Part shown: one piece after another, positions 40,281-51,473 of the stretch
Layout of the letters: each line of letters opens with the position of its first letter
Numbering within the stretch: position 1 is the first letter of the stretch
Source: Sulfolobales archaeon HS-7
GTDB taxonomy: Archaea > Thermoproteota > Thermoprotei_A > Sulfolobales > Sulfolobaceae
Direction of reading: 5' to 3'
Length of the DNA stretch: 64,000 bases
Assembly (NCBI GenBank): GCA_019704295.1
Contig: AP024596.1
Coordinates: forward strand, 1,600,001 to 1,664,000
Made by a program: the position numbers and the translations under genes
Notes under the pieces: model-generated
What the model saw: only the letters and a program-made list of their open reading frames with translations
Told to the model about the DNA's origin: nothing
Databases searched by the model: none

Positions 40281-41219
40281 CTACGGAACGGTAACACCAA
40301 AGAACCTAATCAGCAAACCTAAACCGTGTGTCAGTAAAGCAGCTCCTATGGCTAAAGACATCATTAAAATACCTTTCTTCGTGGGGTTCGCTCCACTTAA
40401 GAGTCCTATCATAAATCCAACGGAAAAAGTGACAATTGCTGTGAGCATATATGACGCGAGGAGTCCGAGGAGGCCTAAGAGTCCGATAGCAAAAGGAATT
40501 ATAGGTACTAACGCTCCTAAAATGTAAGAGACCGCAGTTATTTTAACGCTCTGGTTAACAGTGGAGACTTTGGTGTTCTCCTTGCCTACAAGCATTAGCT
40601 TTCGCATCGCGTTCTTCTTTATATCTTCCTCTGACTTAGCCGATAGGTAGTCCCCGATACTCATAGAGATCATCCCAGATATTCCCACAATAGTACCCCC
40701 AAGTGCGACCAGAAAAGGAGATAATATTATGCCAGAAAGACCGGAAACAGCAGCCAGAACCTCTATAAGGCCATCGCTCACCGCATATACCGCGTCCTTT
40801 ACGTTATCTTCATTTATTTGAGAATTGATCATTAGTTCTTCATGACTTAATTCGTCGTTCATTATCTTCCTTAACTGCTCTCTCTCCTCCACATCGAAAT
40901 CTTCCCTCTGAGATAACTCCTTGTATTTTTCCGCGTCGTCTATCTCTCCGTACTCAGCAAGCTTTAACGTGAGAACTAAACCTAATATTCGCCTCAATAC
41001 CTTAAATAGCACTAGCCTTCTCCTGTTTACTTTTTCCTCGAGATAAATTCCCCTCTTCTGTGCGACCTGTCTCCAGAAATCAGCGTGCGTACCCTCTCCT
41101 TTAGATAGAGTTTCAAGAACCTCTTTGACCTTAACATTCTTCTCCATTTTCGCTAATTCCTTATACAGTTCGCGATCGAAAAGCTCGTCACTGTAATTAT
41201 CCCTAATGAGATTATCCAT
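40281..41219 (-). CDS. Ferritin/rubrerythrin-like domain fused to a VIT1/CCC1 iron exporter
   Basis: E..H pairs (EGTH, ELSH) followed by SDGL and SMSIGDYLS. Confidence 0.87.
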   Translation of the reverse strand: MDNLIRDNYSDELFDRELYKELAKMEKNVKVKEVLETLSKGEGTHADFWRQVAQKRGIYLEEKVNRRRLVLFKVLRRILGLVLTLKLAEYGEIDDAEKYKELSQREDFDVEEREQLRKIMNDELSHEELMINSQINEDNVKDAVYAVSDGLIEVLAAVSGLSGIILSPFLVALGGTIVGISGMISMSIGDYLSAKSEEDIKKNAMRKLMLVGKENTKVSTVNQSVKITAVSYILGALVPIIPFAIGLLGLLGLLASYMLTAIVTFSVGFMIGLLSGANPTKKGILMMSLAIGAALLTHGLGLLIRFFGVTVP

Positions 41220-41299
41220 AGGGATTATTTGTAGTTACTACTATTTAAGAGTTACTATATAATAGACCAATGAAAAAAGGTCTAAAAAAGTTCACTTTT

Positions 41300-41956
41300 T
41301 TAAAAAATCAACTGGGGGGGAACCCATTTTGCAAAAGCTAGAGTATGTTCGAACGACGCTTCAACTCCGATTAAGAACGATAGCACTACTGCGATTACAA
41401 GCAATGCGATAGTTAGCGCGGCTAACCCCTTCCCAACTACGGTGTTCGTAAAGGCTAATGGCGAGAGGAATAAAGCTAACGCTATTGCCATGTAAAGCCC
41501 GAATGCGGCAAGAGGTTCTGCAGTTAATCCGTGAATCAACATATCTATCCCGTAAACGGCGACAGGAATTCCGAGGAATGCGAAAGGTATTGTCACGTAT
41601 TGTAGCTTCCAACCTAAAAACAGTGCAACACCTAGCATAAGGGATGCTATTCCAAACAGGGGCCACATATCAGAGAACATTAAGTTGTAAGAGCTGGGTA
41701 AAGGCCAAGTAATAGATGCCCATATACCTGTGGCCATAGAGTAAATGCCTGCAAATATGAGATACGCTCCCAGTGATCTATTAAGATCCGAGATGTTATA
41801 AACGGACGTACTGGATACAGAACTCTGTAGAGAACCTTTTCTCATAGACATTCTCTTGGGAGATAATGCGTTCGTGTAGACCACGATTGCTGACATCGCT
41901 AACGACGTACCTAATACGTATAACCATATGTCCATCTGATCTATGAATAGGGACAT
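41300..41956 (-). CDS. DUF981-like membrane protein
   Basis: LFID N-terminus; TWPLPSSYN.MF.D motif; about 6 TM segments. Confidence 0.7.
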   Translation of the reverse strand: MSLFIDQMDIWLYVLGTSLAMSAIVVYTNALSPKRMSMRKGSLQSSVSSTSVYNISDLNRSLGAYLIFAGIYSMATGIWASITWPLPSSYNLMFSDMWPLFGIASLMLGVALFLGWKLQYVTIPFAFLGIPVAVYGIDMLIHGLTAEPLAAFGLYMAIALALFLSPLAFTNTVVGKGLAALTIALLVIAVVLSFLIGVEASFEHTLAFAKWVPPQLIF

Positions 41957-42578
41957 GAAATCACCAGATATATTATCGATAATTATAATTATTAATTCGT
42001 AGTGTACTGGTAAACATTGATATGCATTAAAGTAATTTAACCACTAAAGAGGGGAATTACCTGGATTACAGTGCTCTCTTAATATTGTGAAATAAATAAT
42101 GAATATTATAATAAGCCAGATAATCATAATATTCTACTAACGAACAGTCGGAAGATAAGCGAGACTTTAGCTTCACAAAAAATAAAAAAGATACATTCGT
42201 ACGTTATTTCATACGTTTGCATATCTCCTAACACTGAAACTAAGAGTGTTGTATCTATTAAAACACCTTTTTAACTTTTACTTAATCAACGTTAACAACT
42301 ATTTGAAGAGTTATTAGAATTGAAGAGCTTCTATCTTAGTACTGTAAAGTCTCCTGAAGTTCAGGAAAGTGCTGTACTCGTTTCCTGAATTTTTACGAAA
42401 GTCCATTTTAACGTGGATATCGCTTTACGACATTTTCGCAAGAATTGATATATTTAAGAAGAAATTGAAAACTACGTAAGTATCGTTCTAGTTAGTACCA
42501 ACATTATCTTCGCGAATCCTGGAAACTCTGACTTACCTATCGAAAGGCAGGTGCGTCAGAAGGCAATGTGTATAGAAC

Positions 42579-43868
42579 TCATATTATAATGACTCTCTTG
42601 GCCTTCCCTTCATATCGGGGTAATTCTCCAGGAGAAGCAAACTCCACTTGAGGTCTTGCAAATACTACGGACTGTATTTCCTCAATAAGTCTTTTTCTAA
42701 GTTCTTCTGAGGGAGTTTTGGTCTCAACCTTTATTAGGAAAAGACTTGCGTCTTTAGATATCGTTACTTGATATTCTATTACTTCCTTGTGAAAATGCAT
42801 TACGTGAGCTATTGCAGTAGGGTAGATTTTAACTCCACGGTAGAATACGACGTCATCGCTTCTCCCCTTAATAATGGAAATTTTCGGAAAGGGAAGCCTG
42901 TCACTGCTTTCCTCCATCCTAGTTAGATCGCGCGTTCTATATCTCAGGAGAGGCATCCCTTCTCTAGTTAGTGTGGTTAAAACAAGTTCGCCATCCTCAC
43001 CTTCTCCAACATGTTCCCCTGTCTCGGGATCAATTATCTCAACTAGAAAGTGATCTGTCCATATATGCATAAATTTGTGTTCATCCTCAGGACACTCCTG
43101 TGCAACTCCAGGACCTATGGCCTCAGTCATTCCGTAAATTTCCCTGGCTCCGCCTCCTTTCCCCTTTAAGCCGAATCCCTCTTCTATTCTATCCAGTGTA
43201 TCGGGAGACATAGCCTCAGCTCCAGGAATAGCTATCCTTAACTTAGTTTCAGTGGGGTCAAGACCCATCTCCCTCATTTTCTCAAGTATTACAAGTTCGT
43301 ATGATGGTGTCCCGGTTATAACTGTTGCTTGAAAGTCAATTACAGTATTTATTAAGGCCTCGGTTCGCCCAGTGCCCCAGGGGATGACCTTAGCACCTAG
43401 CTCTTGTGCTCCTATATGTAATCCTAAACCGCCAGTGAAAAGACCGTAGCCGTAAATGTTAGCTATTATATCGTCCTTCTTGACACCGGCAACGAGAAGA
43501 CACCTAGCTACTAGTTCTCGCCACAACTTCATATCAGCGGCAGTATAAGCCCCGATAGTGGGTTTACCCGTGGTACCGCTCGTCATATGCCATCCAACGA
43601 TCGTGGACAGCGGAACTGTTAGAAAATCCCCGCCATAAGGGTAACCACTCTTGCGTAGATCTTCCTTAGTAGTAAAGGGGATTTTGGTTATGTCCTTTGC
43701 CACGTCCTCAGGGGTTAGATTTCTATCCCTCATTAATCTATGGTAAAACGGTGAGTCTGCGTAAACCCTTTTTAATAATGCCCGCAATCTGAATTCTTGA
43801 ATGCTTGCTATCTGTTCCTTGTCTAGCGACATAGGTCTGATGTTGTCGTAATCAATCAACCACATCAC
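42579..43868 (-). CDS. paaK: Phenylacetate-CoA ligase family protein
   Basis: TSGTTGKP, YGLFTGGLG, YGMTE and RYRTRD motifs; true start may be 43859 or 43832. Confidence 0.88.
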   Translation of the reverse strand: MMWLIDYDNIRPMSLDKEQIASIQEFRLRALLKRVYADSPFYHRLMRDRNLTPEDVAKDITKIPFTTKEDLRKSGYPYGGDFLTVPLSTIVGWHMTSGTTGKPTIGAYTAADMKLWRELVARCLLVAGVKKDDIIANIYGYGLFTGGLGLHIGAQELGAKVIPWGTGRTEALINTVIDFQATVITGTPSYELVILEKMREMGLDPTETKLRIAIPGAEAMSPDTLDRIEEGFGLKGKGGGAREIYGMTEAIGPGVAQECPEDEHKFMHIWTDHFLVEIIDPETGEHVGEGEDGELVLTTLTREGMPLLRYRTRDLTRMEESSDRLPFPKISIIKGRSDDVVFYRGVKIYPTAIAHVMHFHKEVIEYQVTISKDASLFLIKVETKTPSEELRKRLIEEIQSVVFARPQVEFASPGELPRYEGKAKRVIII

Positions 43869-44229
43869 CTATTACCCTTGTCCCGTCCGTCCTTAACATT
43901 ACTCTCGATCCTACCCTTGGTTTACCAACTAGCCAGCACATTAAATTCAGGTTACCCACATTCACTATCCCTACGATATAGCTAAAATCCTCGAATCCCT
44001 GAGGTTTCGAAAACACCTCAGAGAAGGTCTGCACAATTCCTTCCCTTTTGACCTCGAACCACTCCATGTCGCTCGAACCACAAGTACAATTTACTCTAGG
44101 TGGAAAGTATTCATTTCCGCATCTCTTACACCGCGTCGCCACTATCTCGCCTTTCTTTAAACCTTCCCAGAATCTCTCATATCCCTCTATAGGGATCTGG
44201 TATTTCATGTAAAGAGGTAATCCCTCCAT
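43852..44229 (-). CDS. Zn-ribbon/OB-fold (DUF35) thiolase partner
   Basis: RCKRCG..YFPPR..C.CGS motif; start placed at MEGLP, after the thiolase stop. Confidence 0.87.
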   Translation of the reverse strand: MEGLPLYMKYQIPIEGYERFWEGLKKGEIVATRCKRCGNEYFPPRVNCTCGSSDMEWFEVKREGIVQTFSEVFSKPQGFEDFSYIVGIVNVGNLNLMCWLVGKPRVGSRVMLRTDGTRVIGDVVD

Positions 44230-44233
44230 ACTA

Positions 44234-45394
44234 TCACCGAGAGTATACGAATACATATGCGTAATGTCCTGTTCCACCAACGTTATGAGACAGTGCGATA
44301 TACTTCTTAAACTGATGCTGAACAGATCCTGCCTCATCTCTCATCTGTTTTGTAATCTCATAAATCATTGAAAGTCCCGTAGCACCTAATGGATGTCCTT
44401 TTGCTTTAAGCCCTCCAAAGAGGTTAGTTCCCACTTTACCTCCCTTTTCCGTTTGTCCTTCCCTTAATAGTGATACCCCCTTACCTCTTTCAGCGAATCC
44501 GAGGTCCTCATACGCAATTATTTCCGCTATTGAAAAGCAGTCATGAACTGTTGCGTACTCAACGTCAGCAGGCACGATACCCGCCATGCTGTACGCGTTA
44601 TTAGCCGCTTCCCTCGCAGATCTTAGGGACGTCCACTCCCCTCTACTCGCTAAGGATGACGTATCGCTGGAGTAGCCTACGCCCTTAATCCAGACAGGGG
44701 CATCAGTTATCTTTTTAGCAACCTCTTCGGACGCAAATATTACCGCTGCAGCGCCGTCACTTATGGGAGAACAGTCAAGCAACTTAAGGGGAGAGGATAT
44801 CACTCTAGACTTAAGTACGTCGTCTACCGAAATCGATTTCCTGAGATGAGCCTTTTCGTTGCTTAACGCGTATTTGTGGGCTTTAACCGAAGCGAGAGCC
44901 ATGTCCTCTTCCGTTGTACCGTATAGGGCCATATGTCTCCTCGCATATAGCGCGTAATATGTAGGGAATGTTGTACCGTATAGGTGGAACTCGTATTGGT
45001 AGTTTCCACCTCTACCGCCAATAGCAAGGGAAGTAGCGGTACCTACCTCAGTCATCTTGTCCACTCCTATCGCTAACACAATCTTTGCCAAGCCTGACCT
45101 TATTGCCATATACGCATTTAGGGCAGCAGCCGAACCCGTTGCACAAGCAGCTTCAACCCTAATCGGAGCCTTGCCAACTAGTCCGTTGTACTCCGCAACT
45201 ACTGGTGCTGGGTAAATCTCGACTCCCCTATATGCAGTGCTTCCGATTATTGTCAAATCGATATCTTGAAGAGTTAATCCTGCGTCGTTTAAAGACTCTT
45301 GAACCGCTTCCCAGCTTAATTCCCTGATCGAAACGTCGTCCCTTTTTCCGAACTTGCTGTTTCCTACACCTATAACGGCTACTTTAGAACTCAT
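44234..45394 (-). CDS. Thiolase (acetyl-CoA acetyltransferase, SCP2-type)
   Basis: EAACATG, HDCF, GHPLGATG and HNVGG motifs. Confidence 0.93.
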   Translation of the reverse strand: MSSKVAVIGVGNSKFGKRDDVSIRELSWEAVQESLNDAGLTLQDIDLTIIGSTAYRGVEIYPAPVVAEYNGLVGKAPIRVEAACATGSAAALNAYMAIRSGLAKIVLAIGVDKMTEVGTATSLAIGGRGGNYQYEFHLYGTTFPTYYALYARRHMALYGTTEEDMALASVKAHKYALSNEKAHLRKSISVDDVLKSRVISSPLKLLDCSPISDGAAAVIFASEEVAKKITDAPVWIKGVGYSSDTSSLASRGEWTSLRSAREAANNAYSMAGIVPADVEYATVHDCFSIAEIIAYEDLGFAERGKGVSLLREGQTEKGGKVGTNLFGGLKAKGHPLGATGLSMIYEITKQMRDEAGSVQHQFKKYIALSHNVGGTGHYAYVFVYSR

Positions 45395-45951
45395 AAAGTT
45401 TTTTAGAACTTCTTATTTTATAATTATCTTAGGAAAACATATCAATCAAACTGTACGTGCGAACCATTTCGAATTGTGCCTAGGAGGCTTCCAAGATGGT
45501 CGTAACCCCTCTACTACCTTCATAGTTTCTTGATTCTATTCACAGTATTCCAGTGAACTAACGATATTTACGTATATTGGTGTCCCTGTCATCTAAATAT
45601 CCTCTTCTCGAAGGGATCTCGTAAATGAGGTTCCATGAACCGTTGTGTAGTGCTCAATACGAAAAGTTTACAAAGAGGTTCTATTGGTTTAAGTTGCCCT
45701 ACTCAGTGGGTACGAGTTGGTCCCTTCAGTAAAAGTCTTCGATTTTTTATAAAGAACTTTTGGATCATCCCATGGTCTTCCCCTGACCTAATAAGGATGT
45801 AGGATTTCAAAATCTACCTTTCATTAACTACTTTAAAACTATTTTAGCAAGCGTACAACTTGCGAAAGAGATACGGAAATGTTCTCTCTCGGTGATCATA
45901 GCTTATAAAAATCTTGAGGGGAGGGTACTGCCTCATAGAAGCGTTATCCGA

Positions 45952-46884
45952 TTACGCGGTTACTAGAAGTCCTCTTCTCTCTAACTCCCTTAGGAACAGG
46001 GCGTTTTGCCTTAACTCTTCCTCCCTAAACTTCATTTCCCCAACTAAGTTTCTCATCTTATCGCATGAGAAAATTACTCCTGAGTATCTAAGTAATTGCC
46101 TTACCTCACCGGGTAAAAACGGATTTACGATCCATTTTGGCAGACTCACTTTACTCCACTTAGCTCGAAATACACTTACGAAAGGCGTCAGTAGATCCGT
46201 TATAGTCTTAGGTTCGCATTCCGTAGCGTATAGGTAACTCCTCTTAGGCTTCATCTCAGCCAAGGACTCAATTGCTTTAGATATATATGATACGGAGACA
46301 GGCATGTAACTTATTTTGATATCAGGAACAACGCCAAACTTGGAAATTAGTTTAGACATTGAGTACATCTTTACGAACTGGACGTGGGCAGAATTCGGAC
46401 CGTAAACTAGTGTGGGTCTTAGAATGATGGAATTTTCATTCTCCTTGAGTACCTCCCTCTCACCCTCTAATTTTGATATTTCAAATGGAGAAGTTGGATT
46501 AAGTCCATGACCGTGGGGACTTTCCTCTGAAACTACGCTTCCTTGTTGACCCAACGTAGCTCCGCTGAGATGTATGAAGGTTTTCCCTGAACTTAATTTT
46601 GCCAATAGTCCAGGTATTTCAACATTAGCAAATCTGAGGGTATTTTCATCACCCATAATCTCGCCTATAAAGTTAACTACTACATCAGATTCCTCTATCA
46701 ACTTCCTCATGTCCTCACTCCTCGGCTCTGCTTTGACCACTTCCACCTTATCCTTTAAATCCTCAGCGTAGATTGACGTTACTTGGTTTAATTTCCTGTA
46801 AGTTACTGTTACGTTATGATGTGCGGAGAGGTAAAGCGCAACATTGTTAGATATAAATCCTAGACCGGTAAGTAGAAAATTCAT
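45952..46884 (-). CDS. NAD-dependent epimerase/dehydratase family protein
   Basis: LTGLGFI, FEISK and LRPTLVYG motifs. Confidence 0.8.
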   Translation of the reverse strand: MNFLLTGLGFISNNVALYLSAHHNVTVTYRKLNQVTSIYAEDLKDKVEVVKAEPRSEDMRKLIEESDVVVNFIGEIMGDENTLRFANVEIPGLLAKLSSGKTFIHLSGATLGQQGSVVSEESPHGHGLNPTSPFEISKLEGEREVLKENENSIILRPTLVYGPNSAHVQFVKMYSMSKLISKFGVVPDIKISYMPVSVSYISKAIESLAEMKPKRSYLYATECEPKTITDLLTPFVSVFRAKWSKVSLPKWIVNPFLPGEVRQLLRYSGVIFSCDKMRNLVGEMKFREEELRQNALFLRELERRGLLVTA

Positions 46885-47300
46885 ACGCTATATTTCCCTA
46901 TAGTTTTTAAAAAGTGTTTTAAATTAATTCTTTACGAACGTCGCTGTGAACTCTAGGGAAGGAAGAATCACCCCATAGCAATTCTTTCCATTTTCTTACT
47001 TAGGAACTTAGCATTAGATGATTGTAAACGTGTAAATATGGCTATCTCGATATGCTTCGCCACCATCAAATCCCTCGCCGGATGTTACAAGGTTGTGATA
47101 GTCAAAATTAAGGTAGTTTCAATTCATTTTCACCTACATATTCCTCAAGTCATTACGTCATTAGGATAGGTTCATGCCTCCAGTGTGGGGTAATCCATTA
47201 AGATAGAAACACGGGCTTTAAGCAGTGAGCGGATTGAAGGGTTGCCCTCCTGAGGTGAAGGGAACGTACCGACAAAGGAGATAAATATTTCCTGCAAGAA

Positions 47301-48455
47301 TTGATCGTTATGGATTTCAGTTTTTCTGAGGACGAAAACCTACTCAGAAGTTCAGTAAGGAATTTCTTGACAAGGGAATTAGAACCTATAGCAAGGAGAA
47401 TAGATGAGGAGGAAAGAATACCTCGAGAGTTTGTATTAAAGGCTGGAGAGCAGAAGCTCTGGGCACCAACTGTCCCAGAGGAGTACGGAGGAATTAACGC
47501 CGACTCCCTAAAAGCATGTATAATAGCCGAGGAATTTGCTAGAGCGGACATAAGCATGGCCACCGCTGTTATGTTTCTCCTTGAGGCTAGCTGGGGATAC
47601 GTTTTATCCAAGTACGGTTCTAAGGAATTGAGTAAGAAAGTACTTACCAAGGTGACTTCAGGAGAGTGGTTCTTAGGAATAGCGTCAACCGAACCTCAAG
47701 GTGGAAGCGATGTGGCTAACATAAGGACAAAAGCTGAGAGAATTAGAGGAGGTTGGCATATAAAGGGAGAGAAGATTTACATAAGCGGAGCCGTAGAGGC
47801 AAGGGAATGGGGCGGTGGGCATCTCTTACTAGCCAAAACTGATCCAGAAAAGGGACATAGAGGAATTACAATGTTTTTTGTCCCGGTTACTGAAGAAACG
47901 TCAATAACTAAGCTCAGGAATATGGGAAGAATGGGCATTTCAACCTCAATTGTCAGGTACGACGTGGATGTGGAAGAGGAAAACGTTGTGGGAGAAACGA
48001 ATAAGGGATTTTACTATGCAATGGATGGTTTCAATCATGCGCGTCCATTAGTTGCCGCTGCATCCCTTGGCAGTGCAGAGAAGGTCTTGGAAATTGGCGT
48101 AAATTACGTAAAGGGTAGAGAGGCTTTTGGGAAAAAGCTTTACGAACATCAGGGAATAGCGTTTGAGGCCTCTGAGTTGAAGACTAAACTCGAAATGGCC
48201 AAGCTTTTAACTTACAAAGCTGCTTGGGGTGTAGACACCGAAGAGGGTCCCACACTTGCAGCTATGGCTAAGCTAATAGCGCCTCAGACCAGCATGGAGA
48301 TAGTTAAATCCGTTATGATGTGGATGGGAGGATATAGTTACTCTAAGGATGCCGATGTTGAGAGGGCAATGCGAGGAATCTTCAGCTATCTGGTAGGTGC
48401 TGAGGGAGCTCTCAACGTAATGAAGATGATAATTTCAAAGCGAATCTTTTCGTAA
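47301..48455 (+). CDS. Acyl-CoA dehydrogenase
   Basis: PEEYGG, TEPQGGSD, GEKIYIS and MGGYSY motifs. Confidence 0.93.
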   Translation: MIVMDFSFSEDENLLRSSVRNFLTRELEPIARRIDEEERIPREFVLKAGEQKLWAPTVPEEYGGINADSLKACIIAEEFARADISMATAVMFLLEASWGYVLSKYGSKELSKKVLTKVTSGEWFLGIASTEPQGGSDVANIRTKAERIRGGWHIKGEKIYISGAVEAREWGGGHLLLAKTDPEKGHRGITMFFVPVTEETSITKLRNMGRMGISTSIVRYDVDVEEENVVGETNKGFYYAMDGFNHARPLVAAASLGSAEKVLEIGVNYVKGREAFGKKLYEHQGIAFEASELKTKLEMAKLLTYKAAWGVDTEEGPTLAAMAKLIAPQTSMEIVKSVMMWMGGYSYSKDADVERAMRGIFSYLVGAEGALNVMKMIISKRIFS

Positions 48456-48712
48456 CTTCTTTTCGCGATAACCTTCCCTACCACTGTTTATTGTCCAACC
48501 TAAACTTCATTATTGAGTTAAAGTAGAGCACTGCTCTTCTGAATTACAGACACTAGGTTTAGTGAAGTAATCAAGAACTTTTAATTTTAACAGATTCCTT
48601 CAAATACTATTCAACAACAGTAGAAAAAATTCAAGAAAACCTTTCATAGAAGGTTCCTCTAGGCAAATTACAGAAGTCGTACAATAGATCTTTCTTTACC
48701 CCTCCATCAAAA

Positions 48713-49291
48713 TCAAATTGCGCTCCTTATACCCAATAGGTGTAAATTCAGGAAGGTTAGCACAACTCCGATGATGCCCCCTATTAGCACTTGATCTATT
48801 GAGTGGTTTTTTTCCCTGATTCTCGCATATCCTACGACTGGAGGGATTACGAAAAAGGGAACGAAGAACCAGCCCAACACGTAAAATAGACCAGCTGCCA
48901 TTCCACCCGCTACTGCAGTGTGGATGCTTATTTTATATCTAAGGGTAATTGCCAGAATTATTGTGGTATTAATCGTGTAGGTTGCCTCTAAGGCCGAGAT
49001 TAATACATTCTTTAAGAGAAAAACCGTTAAAACAATAGCAATACCATATCCTAAAATTGAGGGTAAGATAACGAATACTCTCTGTTCCCTTTTCTTGATC
49101 ATTACGTCAGAGACAATTCCTTTTTTCATCATATACAGGGTTATGACAAATGGTAATACGGAGAAGAAAAATGTCGTTACCGCAAATGTTAAGAAACCCA
49201 TCCTTAGCCAAAACTCTATTATAGTAAAGGCGATTAGAGTGGGGACAGATGGATGAAATAAACTCGAAATAGCCCTCCAAACATTTACCAT
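48713..49291 (-). CDS. PAP2-like membrane protein
   Basis: KISIH and ARI....HSIDQV..G motifs; multiple TM segments. Confidence 0.72.
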   Translation of the reverse strand: MVNVWRAISSLFHPSVPTLIAFTIIEFWLRMGFLTFAVTTFFFSVLPFVITLYMMKKGIVSDVMIKKREQRVFVILPSILGYGIAIVLTVFLLKNVLISALEATYTINTTIILAITLRYKISIHTAVAGGMAAGLFYVLGWFFVPFFVIPPVVGYARIREKNHSIDQVLIGGIIGVVLTFLNLHLLGIRSAI

Positions 49292-49908
49292 GTCATACGC
49301 GTTACTAAAACTCCTTTTTAAATATTAGGGGTATACGTCACTAAAAGTCTATGTTCTATGTAAAATAAATGTTAATTTAAAAATTAAATTTAGTATTTAG
49401 GAATAACACGCGTGCGTCATAGACCTTAATTAGGATGACAAACAATCGCGAATGTAAGAGATTGAGCACTTTACTAACCTCATAGACTTACAGTATCAAC
49501 AGGTTCGGAAGTCTCAGTAAAGGATAAACCCGTGTCAGAAAAGGTCGCTAAGGCTGATACTTCCACGGGGTAAACACGTAGCGCAGGGACTACAATAGCG
49601 ATCCATACTATGTTAATATAGTTAGCATTCTCCACTCACTGTTCCCATAGCCATGTTACAGGCAAAGCACTCAATGCCTGGAAAATTACGAAATTATTAT
49701 TACATTTGATAAATCGATTTCATGTTGTACATTACACAAGGAATTTAATTTTAGTATATCTTTTTTACAATTTTTTACTTTACCCGGTTATTCACCTTAT
49801 TTACACATTAGCCATTATCACTGGTCTTCCGCTACATCAAGATGAAACTGTCATTAAGTATGATGTCTTTTAAGCTAATTTTAATTTGATTCACGTAGAG
49901 TAAATGAC

Positions 49909-50631
49909 ATGACTCTGAACATACTGGTTGCATTCAAGATAGTGCCTGACGAAACGCTGATAAAGATCTCGGGCGATAAGGTAGACCTCAACGTGCCGGT
50001 TAAGATAAGTACATATGACAAGAATGCCATCGAAGAGGGGCTTGAATTAAGGGAAAAATATGGTGGAAAGGTTATAGGAATTTCAGTAGGGGTTAACGAT
50101 AGGAAGACTATAAGGGAAGCATTAGCGATGGGATTGGATGAGGTCATATCAATAACTCCTAAAACTTACGCTGACGCTCTAGCGACAGCGAAATTGATCT
50201 CTGAGGAAGCTAAAGGGTACGATTTGCTAATTTTCGGAGAGTCAAGTACTGATGGTGGCGATTCCGCGGTAGGGCCAATGGTGGGAGAGATCCTCGGCTA
50301 TCCAGTAATTACATATGTTAGGAGAGTGGAAATACAAGATGGTTTCCTCGTTGCGGAAAGAAACCTAACTCCAGAAGTAGAGGAAGTGAAGGCTAAGCTT
50401 CCCTGCGTTATCTCAGTAACAGGAGAGGCTAACACTCCGAGGATTCCGACGCTAAAGCAGATAATGGAGTCTGGAAAAAAGAAGGTGGTAGCTAAGGAGG
50501 TCGAAATTGCCTCGAGCTCCCGTCTTGTAAACCTTACTCCGTATTTTGTGCCTAGGAAGAAAGTGATAATAGAGGGTAAATTAGAGGAACAGGTACAAAA
50601 AGTAGTTGAGATACTAAGGGGGAACTTATGA
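49909..50631 (+). CDS. fixA: Electron transfer flavoprotein beta subunit
   Basis: K.VPD, ALAMG.D, G..STDG and N.PRIP motifs. Confidence 0.9.
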   Translation: MTLNILVAFKIVPDETLIKISGDKVDLNVPVKISTYDKNAIEEGLELREKYGGKVIGISVGVNDRKTIREALAMGLDEVISITPKTYADALATAKLISEEAKGYDLLIFGESSTDGGDSAVGPMVGEILGYPVITYVRRVEIQDGFLVAERNLTPEVEEVKAKLPCVISVTGEANTPRIPTLKQIMESGKKKVVAKEVEIASSSRLVNLTPYFVPRKKVIIEGKLEEQVQKVVEILRGNL

Positions 50632-51473
50632 TAGTAGTTTACTCAACTGATCAGGAGAAATTTAAGAAACTTTCAGGATTTGCGCAGACGTTATCAGACG
50701 AAGTAATAGGAGTCGCTCCGTTTCGCGATAATCACGTCAAGAAGCTTATAGTAGCCAAAACGGAGGATTTAGCTGTTGAAACGATATCTGAACAGAGGCC
50801 CTCCCTAGTTCTGTTATCTGAGGGAAAAAGGGAGGTAACTGTAGGCGCTAGGGTTGCTGCCAGGCTTAACGCTCCGTTCTCATCCTCGTGTAATTCCCTA
50901 AAAGTAGAAGGAGGTAAGGTCGTAGTGGAGAGATTGGGATTTGGAGGAGTGGTAAAAGCTACGGTAGAGTTAAGTACTCCTGCGGTTGTTGTAATACAGC
51001 CTCCGGACTCGGAATCAAGGGAGTTCGAAACTGAAATTCACGAATACGAGGGAAAGGGAAAAATGGAGATTCTAAATACCAAGAGGCAAACGTCTACGGT
51101 TAACCTCCAATCGGCGAAGGTCATTGTGTCGGTAGGAAGAGGTATAGGGGGTAAAGAAAACGTTAAGTACGCTGAGGAATTGGCTCAGGTGTTAAACGCT
51201 GCATTGGCAGGGAGTAGACCAGTGACAGCTGAGTTAAAGTGGCTTCCCGAGGACAGACAAGTGGGTCTGTCCGGAACAAAGGTAAGACCCAAGGTTTACA
51301 TAGCTGTAGGAATATCTGGTCAACCTCAACATTTAGCAGGGATGAAGGATTCCGGATTAGTTATAGCGGTAAATAAGGATAAGAATGCACCGATAGTTGA
51401 GAACGCGGACTATACGGTAATTGCAGATGCTATTGAGTTTTGTAAAGCCATTACAGAGGCGCTAAAGAAGTGA
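50628..51473 (+). CDS. fixB: Electron transfer flavoprotein alpha subunit
   Basis: GRG, SRP, QVGLSG and GISGQPQH..GM motifs. Confidence 0.92.
   Translation: MIVVYSTDQEKFKKLSGFAQTLSDEVIGVAPFRDNHVKKLIVAKTEDLAVETISEQRPSLVLLSEGKREVTVGARVAARLNAPFSSSCNSLKVEGGKVVVERLGFGGVVKATVELSTPAVVVIQPPDSESREFETEIHEYEGKGKMEILNTKRQTSTVNLQSAKVIVSVGRGIGGKENVKYAEELAQVLNAALAGSRPVTAELKWLPEDRQVGLSGTKVRPKVYIAVGISGQPQHLAGMKDSGLVIAVNKDKNAPIVENADYTVIADAIEFCKAITEALKK

Noticed and set aside
47180-47290. GC-richer stretch upstream of the acyl-CoA dehydrogenase as a tRNA/ncRNA
   Set aside because: No cloverleaf or recognisable boxes found
49500-49690. Possible decayed 4Fe-4S protein on the - strand (IECFACNM..., CSPCATCLPRG)
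   Set aside because: Too degenerate to support by eye
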